A stretch of 64,000 nt of DNA, from the NCBI RefSeq assembly GCF_054482525.1, contig NZ_CM137006.1; one strand, given 5' to 3'. The position numbers and the translations under genes were made by a program. Under the pieces are notes generated by a model that had not been told where the DNA came from, ran no database searches, and worked only from the letters and a program-made list of their open reading frames with translations. Of the stretch, positions 10,835-21,382 are shown one piece after another (the stretch's first letter is position 1; each line of letters begins with the position of its first letter).

Positions 10835-11689
10835 TTAACCTGCAATAGCCATTCCTACCGTCATGTGCAGGCCATAAAAGAGCACACGCCCGATCATCTC
10901 ACCGCCAAGTATGAGGATTAGCCCCAGAATAAGTCCGGCAACGTGAGGTTCACGGCGACGAATGAGCGGACAAAGCCAGCATCCTAGACCTGTGCATAAC
11001 AATACCACACGCCAGACCTGTAAGGAGGCGTAATCTGGTACCAGTGCGCTGGCTTGTTGTACGGATGAGTGAATAGACGCCAGAGACAAACCTTGCAGCA
11101 CAATCACCCCGGCACAAGCGATCAGCGCCAGAACGCTAATGATGGCAAATGGTGTGGTATTAAATGTAACGCGGGCTGCCCGCAGAATTGTGGCAGCAAG
11201 TATTGGACCGCTCAACAATACTGTCAGGAAGAAAGCCAGCGTAGTGTAACCGTTATACCAGGTTGGCACTGTGTCGATTTGATACACGCAGGTCATCATC
11301 CAGACGAAAATGACGCCGAGCGCCATGCTGACAAGTAACCAGAGTTTCCCCAACGCTTGCGGCATTTTACCGATGACCGCCACCAGCCACCATAATCCGC
11401 CAACGGCAAAAAATATGGAACCGGCAGCAATCTCGTTACTCAGACCAGAAGCTCCGATTCGATTCAGCGAGTTAAACGCCCGCAGTGGGGATCCCAGGTG
11501 CATGACAGAGGCAATAAACCCGATGCCCATCAACAGCCAGAGGAAAAACATGCCACGGACAATACGCTGACGGTCTGCGTCATTATTGGCGGCGAACCAG
11601 CCAATTCCGCTAACAATCAGCGCGCCTACTACGCATTGACCCAATACGGTAAAGATAACCAGTGGCCATTCATGCCATCCATTTCCCAT
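10835..11689 (-). CDS. ynfH: DMSO-reductase-type membrane anchor subunit YnfH (DmsC paralogue)
   Basis: 284 aa from MGNGWHEWPL; start lies 1 nt after ynfG stop; the longer 364-aa track ORF would overlap ynfG. Confidence 0.88.
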   Translation of the reverse strand: MGNGWHEWPLVIFTVLGQCVVGALIVSGIGWFAANNDADRQRIVRGMFFLWLLMGIGFIASVMHLGSPLRAFNSLNRIGASGLSNEIAAGSIFFAVGGLWWLVAVIGKMPQALGKLWLLVSMALGVIFVWMMTCVYQIDTVPTWYNGYTTLAFFLTVLLSGPILAATILRAARVTFNTTPFAIISVLALIACAGVIVLQGLSLASIHSSVQQASALVPDYASLQVWRVVLLCTGLGCWLCPLIRRREPHVAGLILGLILILGGEMIGRVLFYGLHMTVGMAIAG

Positions 11690-11690
11690 T

Positions 11691-12308
11691 TTACACTTCC
11701 TCCGGATTAGCCAGATAACCAGTGGTATCGCCGGTCGGGCGGCTGTTGGCGTTAGGTTTGATAACGATATTGGGTTTTGTGAAATGCGCGCGCGGTAGTG
11801 GCGCGACGGCAGCCAGAGTGCCGTGCTTCTGGCGCAGCTCTTCAATTGGACCGAACTCAAGTGCACGCAGCGGGCAGGATTCGACACATATGGGTTGTTT
11901 CCCCTCGGCGACGCGCGAATAACAACCATCGCACTTCGTCATGTGTCCTTTTTCAGCATTGTACTGTGGCGCGCCGTACGGACAAGCCATGTGGCAGTAG
12001 CGGCAGCCGATACAAACATCTTCATCAACCACCACAAAGCCATCTTCACGCTTATGCATTGCGCCGCTGGGGCAGACTTTTGTACATGCGGGGTCATCGC
12101 AATGGTTACAGGAGATGGAGAGATAATAAGCGAACACGTTCTGGTGCCAGACGCCATTATCTTCCTGCCAGTCGCCGCCAGCATATTCATAAATACGGCG
12201 GAAACTGACTTCCGGGCCAAGATCTTTAAAATCTTTGCACGCCAGTTCGCAGGTTTTACAGCCAGTACAGCGGCTGGAATCGATAAAAAATCCATATTGT
12301 GTGGTCAT
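11691..12308 (-). CDS. ynfG: DMSO-reductase-type 4x[4Fe-4S] ferredoxin subunit YnfG (DmsB paralogue)
   Basis: 205 aa with four CxxCxxCxxxCP clusters visible in translation. Confidence 0.92.
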   Translation of the reverse strand: MTTQYGFFIDSSRCTGCKTCELACKDFKDLGPEVSFRRIYEYAGGDWQEDNGVWHQNVFAYYLSISCNHCDDPACTKVCPSGAMHKREDGFVVVDEDVCIGCRYCHMACPYGAPQYNAEKGHMTKCDGCYSRVAEGKQPICVESCPLRALEFGPIEELRQKHGTLAAVAPLPRAHFTKPNIVIKPNANSRPTGDTTGYLANPEEV

Positions 12309-12318
12309 GGGCTACTCC

Positions 12319-14745
12319 TTAAACCTTTTCGATCTGGACAAGATTGCTGTGCGACGGGTTTCCCTTTGCCAGCGGTGAAGGGCGGTGAGAGGTCAGAATA
12401 TTGATACTGCCGCCGTGATCGACCCGGTCACTAAACATATCCGCTTTAAGCCACGCACCTTGCCCGATGGCGGTAACGCCAGGCAGAATACGCGGAGTCA
12501 CTTTTGCGGCAATCAGCATTTCTCCATTATTGTTAAATACCCGCACGGTATCGCCATGACGGATACCGCGTGCCTGAGCATCAATAGGGTTGATCCACAC
12601 CTCTTGTGGGCAGGCCTGCTGTAACACATCAATATTGCCGTAGCTGGAGTGGGTACGCGCTTTGTAGTGGAAGCCCGTTAGCTGCAGTGGATAGGTTTTC
12701 CGCAGGGGATCGTCCCAGCCATCAAAACCTGGGGTATACGCAGGAAGGGGATGAATAATTTCATCTTTTTTCAATTCCCAGGTATCTGCAATCTTCGCCA
12801 GTCGTTCAGAATAAATTTCGATTTTCCCCGAAGGTGTTTTCAACGGGTTTGCCTGTGGATCTTCACGGAATGCGCGGAAAGCGACGTAGTGTTCTTCCGG
12901 GCATTTTTTCTTAAAGATCCCGGTCGTTTTCATCTCCTCGTAGTCGGGCATCTCAGGGTTACGTTCCTTCGTTTTCGCATGGAGATATTTGATCCATTCG
13001 TGCTGACTGCGGCCTTCAGTAAAGGTTTGATAAACGTCTGGTCCTAAGCGTTTGGCGACTTCACTCAGAATCCAGTAGATGGGTTTGCGTTCAAATTTTG
13101 CTGAGGTTGCGGGTTGGGCGAGGATCACATAGCCCATATTCCCGGCAGATTCGTGAGAGATAAGGTCTTCTTGCTCTGTTGGCATCAGGTCGGGCAACAG
13201 GATATCGCAATACTTAGCCGAGGCAGTCATGAAGTGGTCAATGCCAACAATCATCTCGCACTTGCTGTCATCCTGAAGCACCTCATGGGTGTGATTGATG
13301 TCGCCATGTTGATTGATCAATGTGTTACTGGCGTAGCACCATAAAAACTTGATGGGGACATCCAGTTTTTCTTTTCCACGAACACCATCACGGGTCGCGG
13401 TCATTTCCGTACCATGGTCGATGGCATCTGTCCATGTAAAGACGGAAATCTGCGTTTTAACAGGATTCTCGAGCATCGGGAACCATTCTACCCCCAGATC
13501 CCAGCTACCTTCGCGTACACCTGAGTTGCCGCCGTTTATGCCGACGTTACCTGTGAGAACGGAAAGCATGGCAATAGCGCGGGACGTTTGTTCGCCGTTG
13601 GAGTGTCGTTGTGGCCCCCAACCCTGACAAATATAAGCAGGTTTTGCTGAACCGATCTCTCGTGCCAAATGGATAATTTTTTCTGCCGGGATGCTGGTGA
13701 TTTTTGCTGCCCATTCCGGCGTTTTAGCTATGCCGTCAGGCCCTTCGCCCAGAATATAGGCTTTATAATGCGCGTTACGTGGTGCGTTGGCGGGCAGCGT
13801 TTTTTCATCATAACCAACACAATATTTGTCGAGAAATGGCTGATCGACCATGTTTTCAGTAATCAGTACCCAGGCAATCGCACAGGCCAGTGCTCCATCG
13901 GTGCCAGGGCGAATGGGCAGCCATTCATCTTCACGTCCGGCAGCTGTGTCGTTATAACGTGGATCGATGACGATCATGCGTGCATTTGAACGTTCGCGGG
14001 CTTGCTCGACGTAGTAAGTGACACCACCGCCGCTCATCCGCGTTTCTGCCGGGTTATTTCCGAACATAACGACCAGTTTCGTATTGGCGATATCATCCGG
14101 GCTGTTGCCATCATTGGCACCGAACATATAACTCATTGCGGCACTGATTTGAGCGGTACTGTAGCTGCCATAGCGACTGAGAAAACCACCGCAAGAGTTC
14201 ATCAGACGGTACGGGACGTTCGAGTTGGTGATGTTTCCGCCATCTACGCCTGTTCCGTACAGGACATGTACAGCCTCATTGCCGTAATCTTTTAGGATCC
14301 GCCGAAGATTATCACTGATGGTATCCAGGGCTTCGTCCCAACTTATCCGTTCAAATTTACCTTCACCGCGCTTGCCGACGCGCTTCATGGGATATTTCAG
14401 CCGATCAGGATGATTCATCCGTCGGCGGATAGAGCGCCCGCGTAAACACGCCCGAACCTGATGATTACCGTAAACGTCGTCACCTGTCGTATCAGACTCC
14501 ACCCAGTACACAGTGTCATCTTTCACATGCAAACGTAACAGACAGCGGCTCCCGCAGTTAACGGTGCAGGAACTCCAGACCGCTTTCTCTTCTACCGGTG
14601 CCTCTGCCGCTCGGACCATTTGGGAAAATGGCAGAGTGAAAGCACTGCTTGCCAGCGCGAGACTGCCAAGTGCGGAGGTTTTCATCAGACTTCTACGGCT
14701 GATTTCAGCCTTCATGAGCGCCTCTGTGGTATGGATTTTCATCAT
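12319..14745 (-). CDS. ynfF: Tat-exported molybdopterin oxidoreductase catalytic subunit YnfF (DmsA paralogue)
   Basis: 808 aa; twin-arginine signal SRRSLMKTSALGSLALA; N-terminal Cys cluster CTVNCGSRC. Confidence 0.92.
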   Translation of the reverse strand: MMKIHTTEALMKAEISRRSLMKTSALGSLALASSAFTLPFSQMVRAAEAPVEEKAVWSSCTVNCGSRCLLRLHVKDDTVYWVESDTTGDDVYGNHQVRACLRGRSIRRRMNHPDRLKYPMKRVGKRGEGKFERISWDEALDTISDNLRRILKDYGNEAVHVLYGTGVDGGNITNSNVPYRLMNSCGGFLSRYGSYSTAQISAAMSYMFGANDGNSPDDIANTKLVVMFGNNPAETRMSGGGVTYYVEQARERSNARMIVIDPRYNDTAAGREDEWLPIRPGTDGALACAIAWVLITENMVDQPFLDKYCVGYDEKTLPANAPRNAHYKAYILGEGPDGIAKTPEWAAKITSIPAEKIIHLAREIGSAKPAYICQGWGPQRHSNGEQTSRAIAMLSVLTGNVGINGGNSGVREGSWDLGVEWFPMLENPVKTQISVFTWTDAIDHGTEMTATRDGVRGKEKLDVPIKFLWCYASNTLINQHGDINHTHEVLQDDSKCEMIVGIDHFMTASAKYCDILLPDLMPTEQEDLISHESAGNMGYVILAQPATSAKFERKPIYWILSEVAKRLGPDVYQTFTEGRSQHEWIKYLHAKTKERNPEMPDYEEMKTTGIFKKKCPEEHYVAFRAFREDPQANPLKTPSGKIEIYSERLAKIADTWELKKDEIIHPLPAYTPGFDGWDDPLRKTYPLQLTGFHYKARTHSSYGNIDVLQQACPQEVWINPIDAQARGIRHGDTVRVFNNNGEMLIAAKVTPRILPGVTAIGQGAWLKADMFSDRVDHGGSINILTSHRPSPLAKGNPSHSNLVQIEKV

Positions 14746-14802
14746 TACTCACTTATTGCTTTTCAAACAAAATGTCATGCCAGAATTTATGGTTGTAGTG
14801 GG

Positions 14803-17229
14803 TTATATTTTTTCGATCTCGACCAGATTAGTGTGCTGCGGGTTTCCCTTCGCCAGTGGTGAAGGGCGCAGAGTGGTTAGCGTATTCACACAGCCGCCAT
14901 GGTCGATTTTATCGCCAGACATATTGGCCTCGTGCCAGGCTCCCTGACCCATAGCGCTAACCCCAGGGAGAATGCGTGGTGTCACTTTGGCTGTTAGCCG
15001 AACTTCGCCACGATGGTTATACACCCGCACCATATCGCCGTTGGCAATCCCACGTTTCTGTGCATCTATAGGGTTGATCCACACTTCCTGACGGCAGGCT
15101 GCCTTCAGGACATCAATATTGCCGTAGGTCGAGTGAGTACGGGATTTGTAATGGAAACCAAACAGTTGCAGTGGAAAGGTACTACGTTCAGGGGAGTCCC
15201 AGCCTTCAAAGGTTGAGGCATAAACCGGCAGTGGGCTTATCACTTCATCTTTTTCCAGTTCCCAGGTACGGGCAATTTCCGCCAGCTTGCTGGAATAAAT
15301 TTCAATCTTACCGGAAGGCGTTTTAAGTGGATTTGCCTCGGGGTCGTCACGAAATGCTTTGTAGGCGACAAAATGACCATTAGGATCTTTACGCTTATAG
15401 ATACCCATTTTTTTCAGTTCGTCGTAAGACGGTAACGCCGGATCTTTGGCAAGCATTTTGGCGTACAGATGTTGTAACCATTGTTCCTGCGTGCGACCTT
15501 CTGTGAACTTTTGATAGACGTCAGGTCCAAGACGTTTCGCGACCTCACTCAGGATCCAGTAAATCGGTTTGCGTTCGAATTTTTCGCTGGTGACTGGCTG
15601 AAGGAAAATGAGATATCCCATGTTACCGGCGTAGTCGTTAGGAATAATATCTTCCTGCTCAACGGTCATCAGGTCTGGCAGCAGAATGTCGGCATATTTT
15701 GCCGATGAGGTCATAAAGTTTTCGATGACCACAATCATTTCGCATTTCGATTCGTCCTGCAGAATTTCATGCGTTTTGTTGATGTCAGAATGCTGATTAA
15801 CCAGGGTATTTCCCGCGTAGTTCCAGATGAACTTAATGGGCACATCCAGTTTATCTTTGCCGCGGACACCGTCGCGGATTGCCGTCATTTGCGGGCCATG
15901 ATCGATAGCATCCGTCCAGCTGAAGCAGGAGATTGACGTTTTGACCGGATTATCCAGCACCGGCAGGCGTTCTATGGTAATGGTATAGGTCGATTCACGC
16001 GCGCCACTATTCCCGCCGCTGATGCCGACATTGCCCGTCAGAATAGGCAACATCGCAATAGCGCGTGCAGTCAGCTCGCCGTTTGCCTGGCGTTGCGGCC
16101 CCCAGCCCTGGCAGATATAAGCGGGTTTTGCTGTGCCAATTTCACGAGCCAGCTTGATGATACGGTCCACCGGGATACCGGTAATTTGCGAAGCCCACTG
16201 CGGCGTTTTCGCTGTTTTATCATCACCTTCACCAAGAATATAGGCTTTATAGTGACCATTTTTTGGTGCATCTGCGGGTAAGGTTTTTTCGTCATAGTCG
16301 ACGCAGTATTTATCGAGAAAAGGTTGATCAACGAGATTTTCGTTAATCAATACCCAGGCAATACCCGCAACCAGCGCGGCATCGGTGCCCGGGCGAATAG
16401 GAAGCCATTCATCTTCACGACCAGCAGCTGTATCGGTATATCGCGGATCGATAACAATCATTTTTGCGTTCGATTTCTCGCGCGCTTTTTCAAGAAGATA
16501 AGTGATGCCACCGCCGCTCATGCGGGTTTCTGCCGGGTTGTTACCAAACATCACGACCAGCTTGCTGTTTTCAATATCCGTGGTGCTGTTGCCATCATTA
16601 CTGCCGTAGGTGTAGGGCATGGCACAGGAAATTTGCGCGGTGCTGTAGGAGCCATACTGGTTGAGTGAACCGCCGTAGCAGTTCATCAGGCGTTTGACCG
16701 CCGAGGCGGATGGCGAAGAGCGGGTCATATTGCCGCCAACGATCCCTGAAGAGTACTGAATATATACAGCCTCATTGCCATATTGTTCGACGGTTTTTTT
16801 CAGGCTACTGGCGATAGTATCCAGGGCTTCATCCCAGCTAATCCGTTCGAATTTGCCTTCGCCGCGTTTGCCCACGCGTTTCATTGGGTAATTCAAGCGA
16901 TCGGGATGATTAATACGTCGACGGATGGACCGACCGCGCAAACAGGCGCGTACTTGATGATTGCCATACTCGTCGCTGCCGGTGTTGTCAGTTTCCACCC
17001 AGGTGACTTCATTATCTTTAACATGTAGACGAAGTGCACAGCGGCTACCACAGTTGACGGAACAGGCACCCCAGACCACTTTTTCGCTGGCCTGTTGTAC
17101 CGCTGCCGCTGCACTGCGCAGGGTGAACGGTAAAGAAAAACCGCCTGCAGCCAGCGCCAGAGAACCTATCGCGGTAGATTTAACGAGTGTTCTGCGGCTG
17201 ATGCCCACCATTTGTTCATTTTTGGACAT
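14803..17229 (-). CDS. ynfE: Tat-exported molybdopterin oxidoreductase catalytic subunit YnfE (DmsA paralogue; selenate reductase component)
   Basis: 808 aa; twin-arginine signal SRRTLVKSTAIGSLALA; closely related to adjacent ynfF (tandem paralogues). Confidence 0.92.
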   Translation of the reverse strand: MSKNEQMVGISRRTLVKSTAIGSLALAAGGFSLPFTLRSAAAAVQQASEKVVWGACSVNCGSRCALRLHVKDNEVTWVETDNTGSDEYGNHQVRACLRGRSIRRRINHPDRLNYPMKRVGKRGEGKFERISWDEALDTIASSLKKTVEQYGNEAVYIQYSSGIVGGNMTRSSPSASAVKRLMNCYGGSLNQYGSYSTAQISCAMPYTYGSNDGNSTTDIENSKLVVMFGNNPAETRMSGGGITYLLEKAREKSNAKMIVIDPRYTDTAAGREDEWLPIRPGTDAALVAGIAWVLINENLVDQPFLDKYCVDYDEKTLPADAPKNGHYKAYILGEGDDKTAKTPQWASQITGIPVDRIIKLAREIGTAKPAYICQGWGPQRQANGELTARAIAMLPILTGNVGISGGNSGARESTYTITIERLPVLDNPVKTSISCFSWTDAIDHGPQMTAIRDGVRGKDKLDVPIKFIWNYAGNTLVNQHSDINKTHEILQDESKCEMIVVIENFMTSSAKYADILLPDLMTVEQEDIIPNDYAGNMGYLIFLQPVTSEKFERKPIYWILSEVAKRLGPDVYQKFTEGRTQEQWLQHLYAKMLAKDPALPSYDELKKMGIYKRKDPNGHFVAYKAFRDDPEANPLKTPSGKIEIYSSKLAEIARTWELEKDEVISPLPVYASTFEGWDSPERSTFPLQLFGFHYKSRTHSTYGNIDVLKAACRQEVWINPIDAQKRGIANGDMVRVYNHRGEVRLTAKVTPRILPGVSAMGQGAWHEANMSGDKIDHGGCVNTLTTLRPSPLAKGNPQHTNLVEIEKI

Positions 17230-17388
17230 AACTCACTCCCTGTTCTTTATCGTTATATAAAAGTTTATATATTGAATATTTAGCGCGCTAACAATAGAGG
17301 GAGTCTACCCATTTTGGGTTAAGAATTATTAATCCATATCAATAGAAGGGTATGAGTAATAAGGTGGGATTATGTTGTATGTTCAAAT

Positions 17389-17411
17389 CGCCGGATGTGT
17401 CGTATCCGGCG
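17389..17411 (-). terminator. REP-like palindrome gccggatg...tatccggc downstream of ynfD
   Basis: inverted repeat seen directly; resembles enterobacterial REP/terminator hairpins. Confidence 0.4.
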
Positions 17412-17427
17412 TTCAGTCGATAATGTG

Positions 17428-17733
17428 TTACTGCGGTTCGGCAGGCGCGCCATCCTGGGTAGACTGCGCGGGAGCAGAGACGTTACCGCTGGTGGTGCGG
17501 GTGTAGAGAATTTTATGCGTATCATTAGCGCAATGCCCGACGACCTGGGAATCAGGCTGATCAACCTGGTCATTGGGTACAATACTTAACGTGAAGCTGC
17601 TTTCGGGTACGCCATTATTGATAATGCGCTGTGATATATCGCTCTGTATGCGCTCACAGGATCCCGGCGCGGCGAGTACCGCGGGTGAGGCGAAGGCGAG
17701 CAGAAGCGCGGCACAGCAGGTTGAGAGTTTCAT
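17428..17733 (-). CDS. ynfD: secreted DUF1161-family protein YnfD
   Basis: 101 aa from MKLSTCCAALLLAFASPAVLA (signal peptide); track ORF is 14 codons longer. Confidence 0.85.
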   Translation of the reverse strand: MKLSTCCAALLLAFASPAVLAAPGSCERIQSDISQRIINNGVPESSFTLSIVPNDQVDQPDSQVVGHCANDTHKILYTRTTSGNVSAPAQSTQDGAPAEPQ

Positions 17734-17840
17734 CATAAGCTCCTTACGCGAAGATAACTTCTTTAAGCATAGCATTTAACGTGTAAAGTACTGTATTTGC
17801 TACTATGATTGAGAATCATCTCTACTCTCTGGTGACTGTT

Positions 17841-18551
17841 GTGAAATACAAATTACTGCCATGCTTACTCGCGATATTCCTCACAGGATGTGACCGCACA
17901 GAGGTAACACTTTCATTTACCCCTGAGATGGCCAGTTTCTCTAATGAATTCGATTTTGATCCGCTGCGTGGTCCGGTAAAAGATTTCACTCAGACATTAA
18001 TGGATGAGCAAGGTGAAGTGACGAAACGTGTTTCGGGGACTTTGTCGGAAGAAGGCTGTTTTGATTCACTCGAATTACTGGATCTGGAAAATAATACCGT
18101 GGTCGCTCTGGTACTGGACGCCAATTATTACCGTGATGCCCAGACACTGGAGAAAAGAGTTCGTTTGCAGGGAAAATGCCAGCTTGCAGAATTACCTTCT
18201 GCCGGGGTGAGCTGGGAAACCGATGATAATGGCTTTGTGATTAAAGCCAGCAGCAAACAGATGCAGATGGAATATCGCTATGATGATCAGGGGTATCCGC
18301 TGGGTAAAACCACGAAAAGTAACGACAAAACATTATCTGTCAGCGCTACGCCATCAACGGATCCGATCAAAAAGTTAGATTACACAGCGGTTACTTTACT
18401 GAATAATCAAAGGGTTGGAAATGTAAAACAGAGCTGTGAATATGACAGTCACGCCAATCCGGTGGACTGTCAGCTAATCATTGTTGATGAAGGAGTAAAA
18501 CCCGCCGTCGAACGGGTTTACACCATCAAAAATACTATCGATTATTATTAA
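17841..18551 (+). CDS. ynfC: lipoprotein YnfC (UPF0257 family)
   Basis: GTG start giving MKYKLLPCLLAIFLTGC (lipobox LTGC) with GGTGA upstream; in-frame ATG at 17805 is the alternative start. Confidence 0.8.
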   Translation: MKYKLLPCLLAIFLTGCDRTEVTLSFTPEMASFSNEFDFDPLRGPVKDFTQTLMDEQGEVTKRVSGTLSEEGCFDSLELLDLENNTVVALVLDANYYRDAQTLEKRVRLQGKCQLAELPSAGVSWETDDNGFVIKASSKQMQMEYRYDDQGYPLGKTTKSNDKTLSVSATPSTDPIKKLDYTAVTLLNNQRVGNVKQSCEYDSHANPVDCQLIIVDEGVKPAVERVYTIKNTIDYY

Positions 18552-18553
18552 TG

Positions 18554-19114
18554 CTATTGTGCGGTCGGCTTCAGGAGAGTCTGACCCGGTGTTTTGTGCT
18601 CTGCCAGATACTGATGCTGGAATATGCACATGCGAATGGCATTCCGATATTGACCATTAATAAAGAACTCATGCATCAATTCACCTTCAACCGTAAAGCC
18701 AAGCTTGCGGTAAATGTGAATCGCTTTTTCATTCTCTTTATCGACGATCAGATACAGCTTATAGAGATTGAGAACGGTGAAGCCATAGTCCATTGCTAAT
18801 TTTGCGGCACGCGTTGCCAGACCTTTCCCCTGATATTCCGGGGAGATAATTATCTGAAATTCTGCGCGGCGATGAACATGGTTAATTTCCACCAGCTCCA
18901 CCAGACCGGCTTTTTCGCCGTCACATTCCACCACAAAGCGCCGTTCGCTCTGATCGTGAATATGCTTATCGTACAGATCAGAGAGTTCAACAAAGGCTTC
19001 GTAGGGTTCCTCAAACCAGTAACGCATCACACTGGCGTTATTGTCGAGTTGATGTACATAGCGTAAATCTTCACGCTCCAGCGGGCGTAGCTTAACACTG
19101 TGGGCGCTTGGCAT
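18554..19114 (-). CDS. speG: spermidine N1-acetyltransferase SpeG (GNAT family)
   Basis: 186-aa translation recognised as SpeG. Confidence 0.93.
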   Translation of the reverse strand: MPSAHSVKLRPLEREDLRYVHQLDNNASVMRYWFEEPYEAFVELSDLYDKHIHDQSERRFVVECDGEKAGLVELVEINHVHRRAEFQIIISPEYQGKGLATRAAKLAMDYGFTVLNLYKLYLIVDKENEKAIHIYRKLGFTVEGELMHEFFINGQYRNAIRMCIFQHQYLAEHKTPGQTLLKPTAQ

Positions 19115-19148
19115 AACGTGTCCTTACATTCCTTAAATCAATAACAGG

Positions 19149-19490
19149 TTAGGGGGTAATAACGCGGCCAGTTCGACGGTCCAGGCAGCGCAAAGTATTT
19201 GGCTCCCAGTAGGCATTGATGTTGGCGCTTTGCTCACATTTATCGCGGTTATCAAAAGCGGCGTCGGCTTTATCCCACTCTTTTTCAGTGCGTTTATTCA
19301 CTTTCTGACGCAGATTGCGCGTGTCATTCCATTGCTCTTTTTCCATAGCGGCGTGCTGGCGGCTTTGTGCACTGTCGCCAGACTCAATCACCAGTTTGTT
19401 AGTTTCGGCATGAACAGTTGTGCTCAATGCCATTGCGCAAGGCAGCAGAAAAGCGAGCAGGCCAATTCGTTTGCTGAGAGTAATTTTCAT
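19149..19490 (-). CDS. ynfB: secreted UPF0482 protein YnfB
   Basis: 113 aa with signal peptide; matches YnfB as recalled. Confidence 0.85.
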   Translation of the reverse strand: MKITLSKRIGLLAFLLPCAMALSTTVHAETNKLVIESGDSAQSRQHAAMEKEQWNDTRNLRQKVNKRTEKEWDKADAAFDNRDKCEQSANINAYWEPNTLRCLDRRTGRVITP

Positions 19491-19624
19491 AATTCATTCC
19501 CTGTATGAATGATTAAAGGTGATTCTACACCATCCACTGCGAACGCAAAACGTACCAGGAGGATGTTTATATTGATGATATTATGTCGTCCTATAACTAT
19601 ACATGATGTCAATAAGTGACAAAG

Positions 19625-19951
19625 ATGATTAAAACAACGTTACTATTTTTTGCTACTGCGCTGTGTGAAATTATTGGATGCTTTCTGCCCTGGTTGTGGT
19701 TAAAACGAAACGCCAGTATCTGGCTGTTGCTTCCGGCGGGGATTTCTCTGGCACTGTTTGTCTGGTTGTTAACGTTGCATCCTGCGGCGAGTGGGCGTGT
19801 TTACGCGGCTTATGGTGGCGTTTATGTCTGCACGGCGTTGATTTGGCTGCGTGTTGTGGATGGCGTGAAACTGAGTCTTTATGACTGGACGGGGGCGTTG
19901 ATTGCGCTTTGCGGCATGTTGATCATTGTTGCGGGCTGGGGGCGCGCGTAA
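19625..19951 (+). CDS. ynfA: UPF0060 small membrane protein YnfA
   Basis: 108 aa from [26 protein letters not shown]; four-TM-like. Confidence 0.85.
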
Positions 19952-20156
19952 GGACATAAATCCATTTTATCAATAAGATACAAGGAAGTGTCAGCTGACA
20001 AAAGATATTCTATTTCATCTTTTGTCAACCATTCACGGCGCAAATATACGCCTTTTTTTGTGATCACTCCGGCTTTTTTTGATCTTTATACTTGTATGGT
20101 AGTAGCTCAGTTGCGTAGATTTCATGCATCACGACAAGCGATGCAAGGAATCGAAC

Positions 20157-21371
20157 ATGAAGATCGTAAAGGCTGAAGTTTTTGTTACCTGTCCGGGGCG
20201 TAATTTCGTCACATTAAAAATCACCACTGAGGACGGTATTACGGGCCTTGGGGATGCCACCCTCAATGGACGTGAGCTTTCCGTGGCCTCTTATTTGCAG
20301 GATCACCTTTGTCCGCAGCTTATTGGTCGCGATGCGCACCGTATCGAAGATATCTGGCAGTTTTTCTATAAAGGTGCTTACTGGCGTCGCGGTCCGGTTA
20401 CGATGTCGGCCATTTCAGCGGTTGATATGGCGCTGTGGGATATTAAAGCCAAAGCTGCCAACATGCCGCTTTACCAGTTACTCGGCGGCGCGTCTCGTGA
20501 AGGGGTGATGGTTTATTGCCATACCACCGGTCACAGTATTGATGAAGCTCTGGATGATTATGCCCGTCATCAGGAGCTGGGATTCAAAGCCATCCGCGTG
20601 CAGTGCGGAATCCCTGGTATGAAAACCACCTACGGCATGTCGAAAGGTAAAGGTCTGGCTTATGAACCCGCAACCAAAGGACAGTGGCCGGAAGAGCAGC
20701 TGTGGTCGACGGAGAAATACCTCGATTTCATGCCGAAATTGTTTGACGCGGTACGTAACAAGTTTGGTTTTAATGAACATTTGCTGCATGACATGCACCA
20801 TCGCTTAACGCCTATTGAAGCGGCGCGCTTTGGTAAAAGCATTGAAGATTATCGCATGTTCTGGATGGAAGACCCGACGCCTGCGGAAAACCAGGAATGC
20901 TTCCGTCTCATTCGCCAACATACCGTCACACCCATCGCGGTGGGTGAAGTCTTCAACAGCATCTGGGACTGCAAGCAACTGATTGAAGAGCAACTTATCG
21001 ATTATATCCGCACTACGCTGACCCACGCGGGTGGCATTACCGGTATGCGCCGGATTGCCGATTTTGCTTCGCTGTATCAGGTACGTACTGGCTCACACGG
21101 TCCTTCCGATTTGTCACCAGTCTGCATGGCTGCGGCGCTGCACTTTGATCTGTGGGTCCCCAATTTCGGTGTCCAGGAATACATGGGTTATTCCGAACAA
21201 ATGCTCGAAGTCTTCCCGCACAACTGGACTTTCGATAACGGCTATATGCATCCGGGAGACAAACCGGGTCTTGGCATCGAATTCGATGAAAAGCTGGCGG
21301 CGAAATATCCCTATGAACCTGCTTATCTGCCAGTCGCACGTCTGGAAGATGGCACGCTGTGGAACTGGTAA
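20157..21371 (+). CDS. rspA: starvation-sensing protein RspA (enolase-superfamily mannonate dehydratase family)
   Basis: 404 aa from [17 protein letters not shown] with AAGGAA RBS; track ORF starts 11 codons upstream. Confidence 0.92.
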
Positions 21372-21382
21372 GGAGTAAGATA

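Noticed and set aside
10835-11929. 364-aa extended version of ynfH from the ORF track (and similar N-terminal extensions for clcB, dcp, rspA, rspB, ydfG, eamA, yneE, ynfK, ynfD, dmsD)
   Set aside because: Track reports the longest frame; the extensions overlap upstream genes or lack an RBS, while internal starts have Shine-Dalgarno sequences and give the expected protein N-termini
12319-17229. Numerous 60-140-aa ORFs on both strands inside ynfE and ynfF (e.g. 13349-13627, 14002-14295, 16324-16668, 16783-17028)
   Set aside because: Shadow ORFs embedded in long, well-supported coding regions; no start signals
12319-17229. Possibility that the ynfE/ynfF similarity is an assembly duplication or a repeat array
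   Set aside because: The two copies are clearly diverged along their whole length with distinct signal peptides and intact flanking junctions; this is a genuine paralogue pair, not CRISPR or a collapsed repeat
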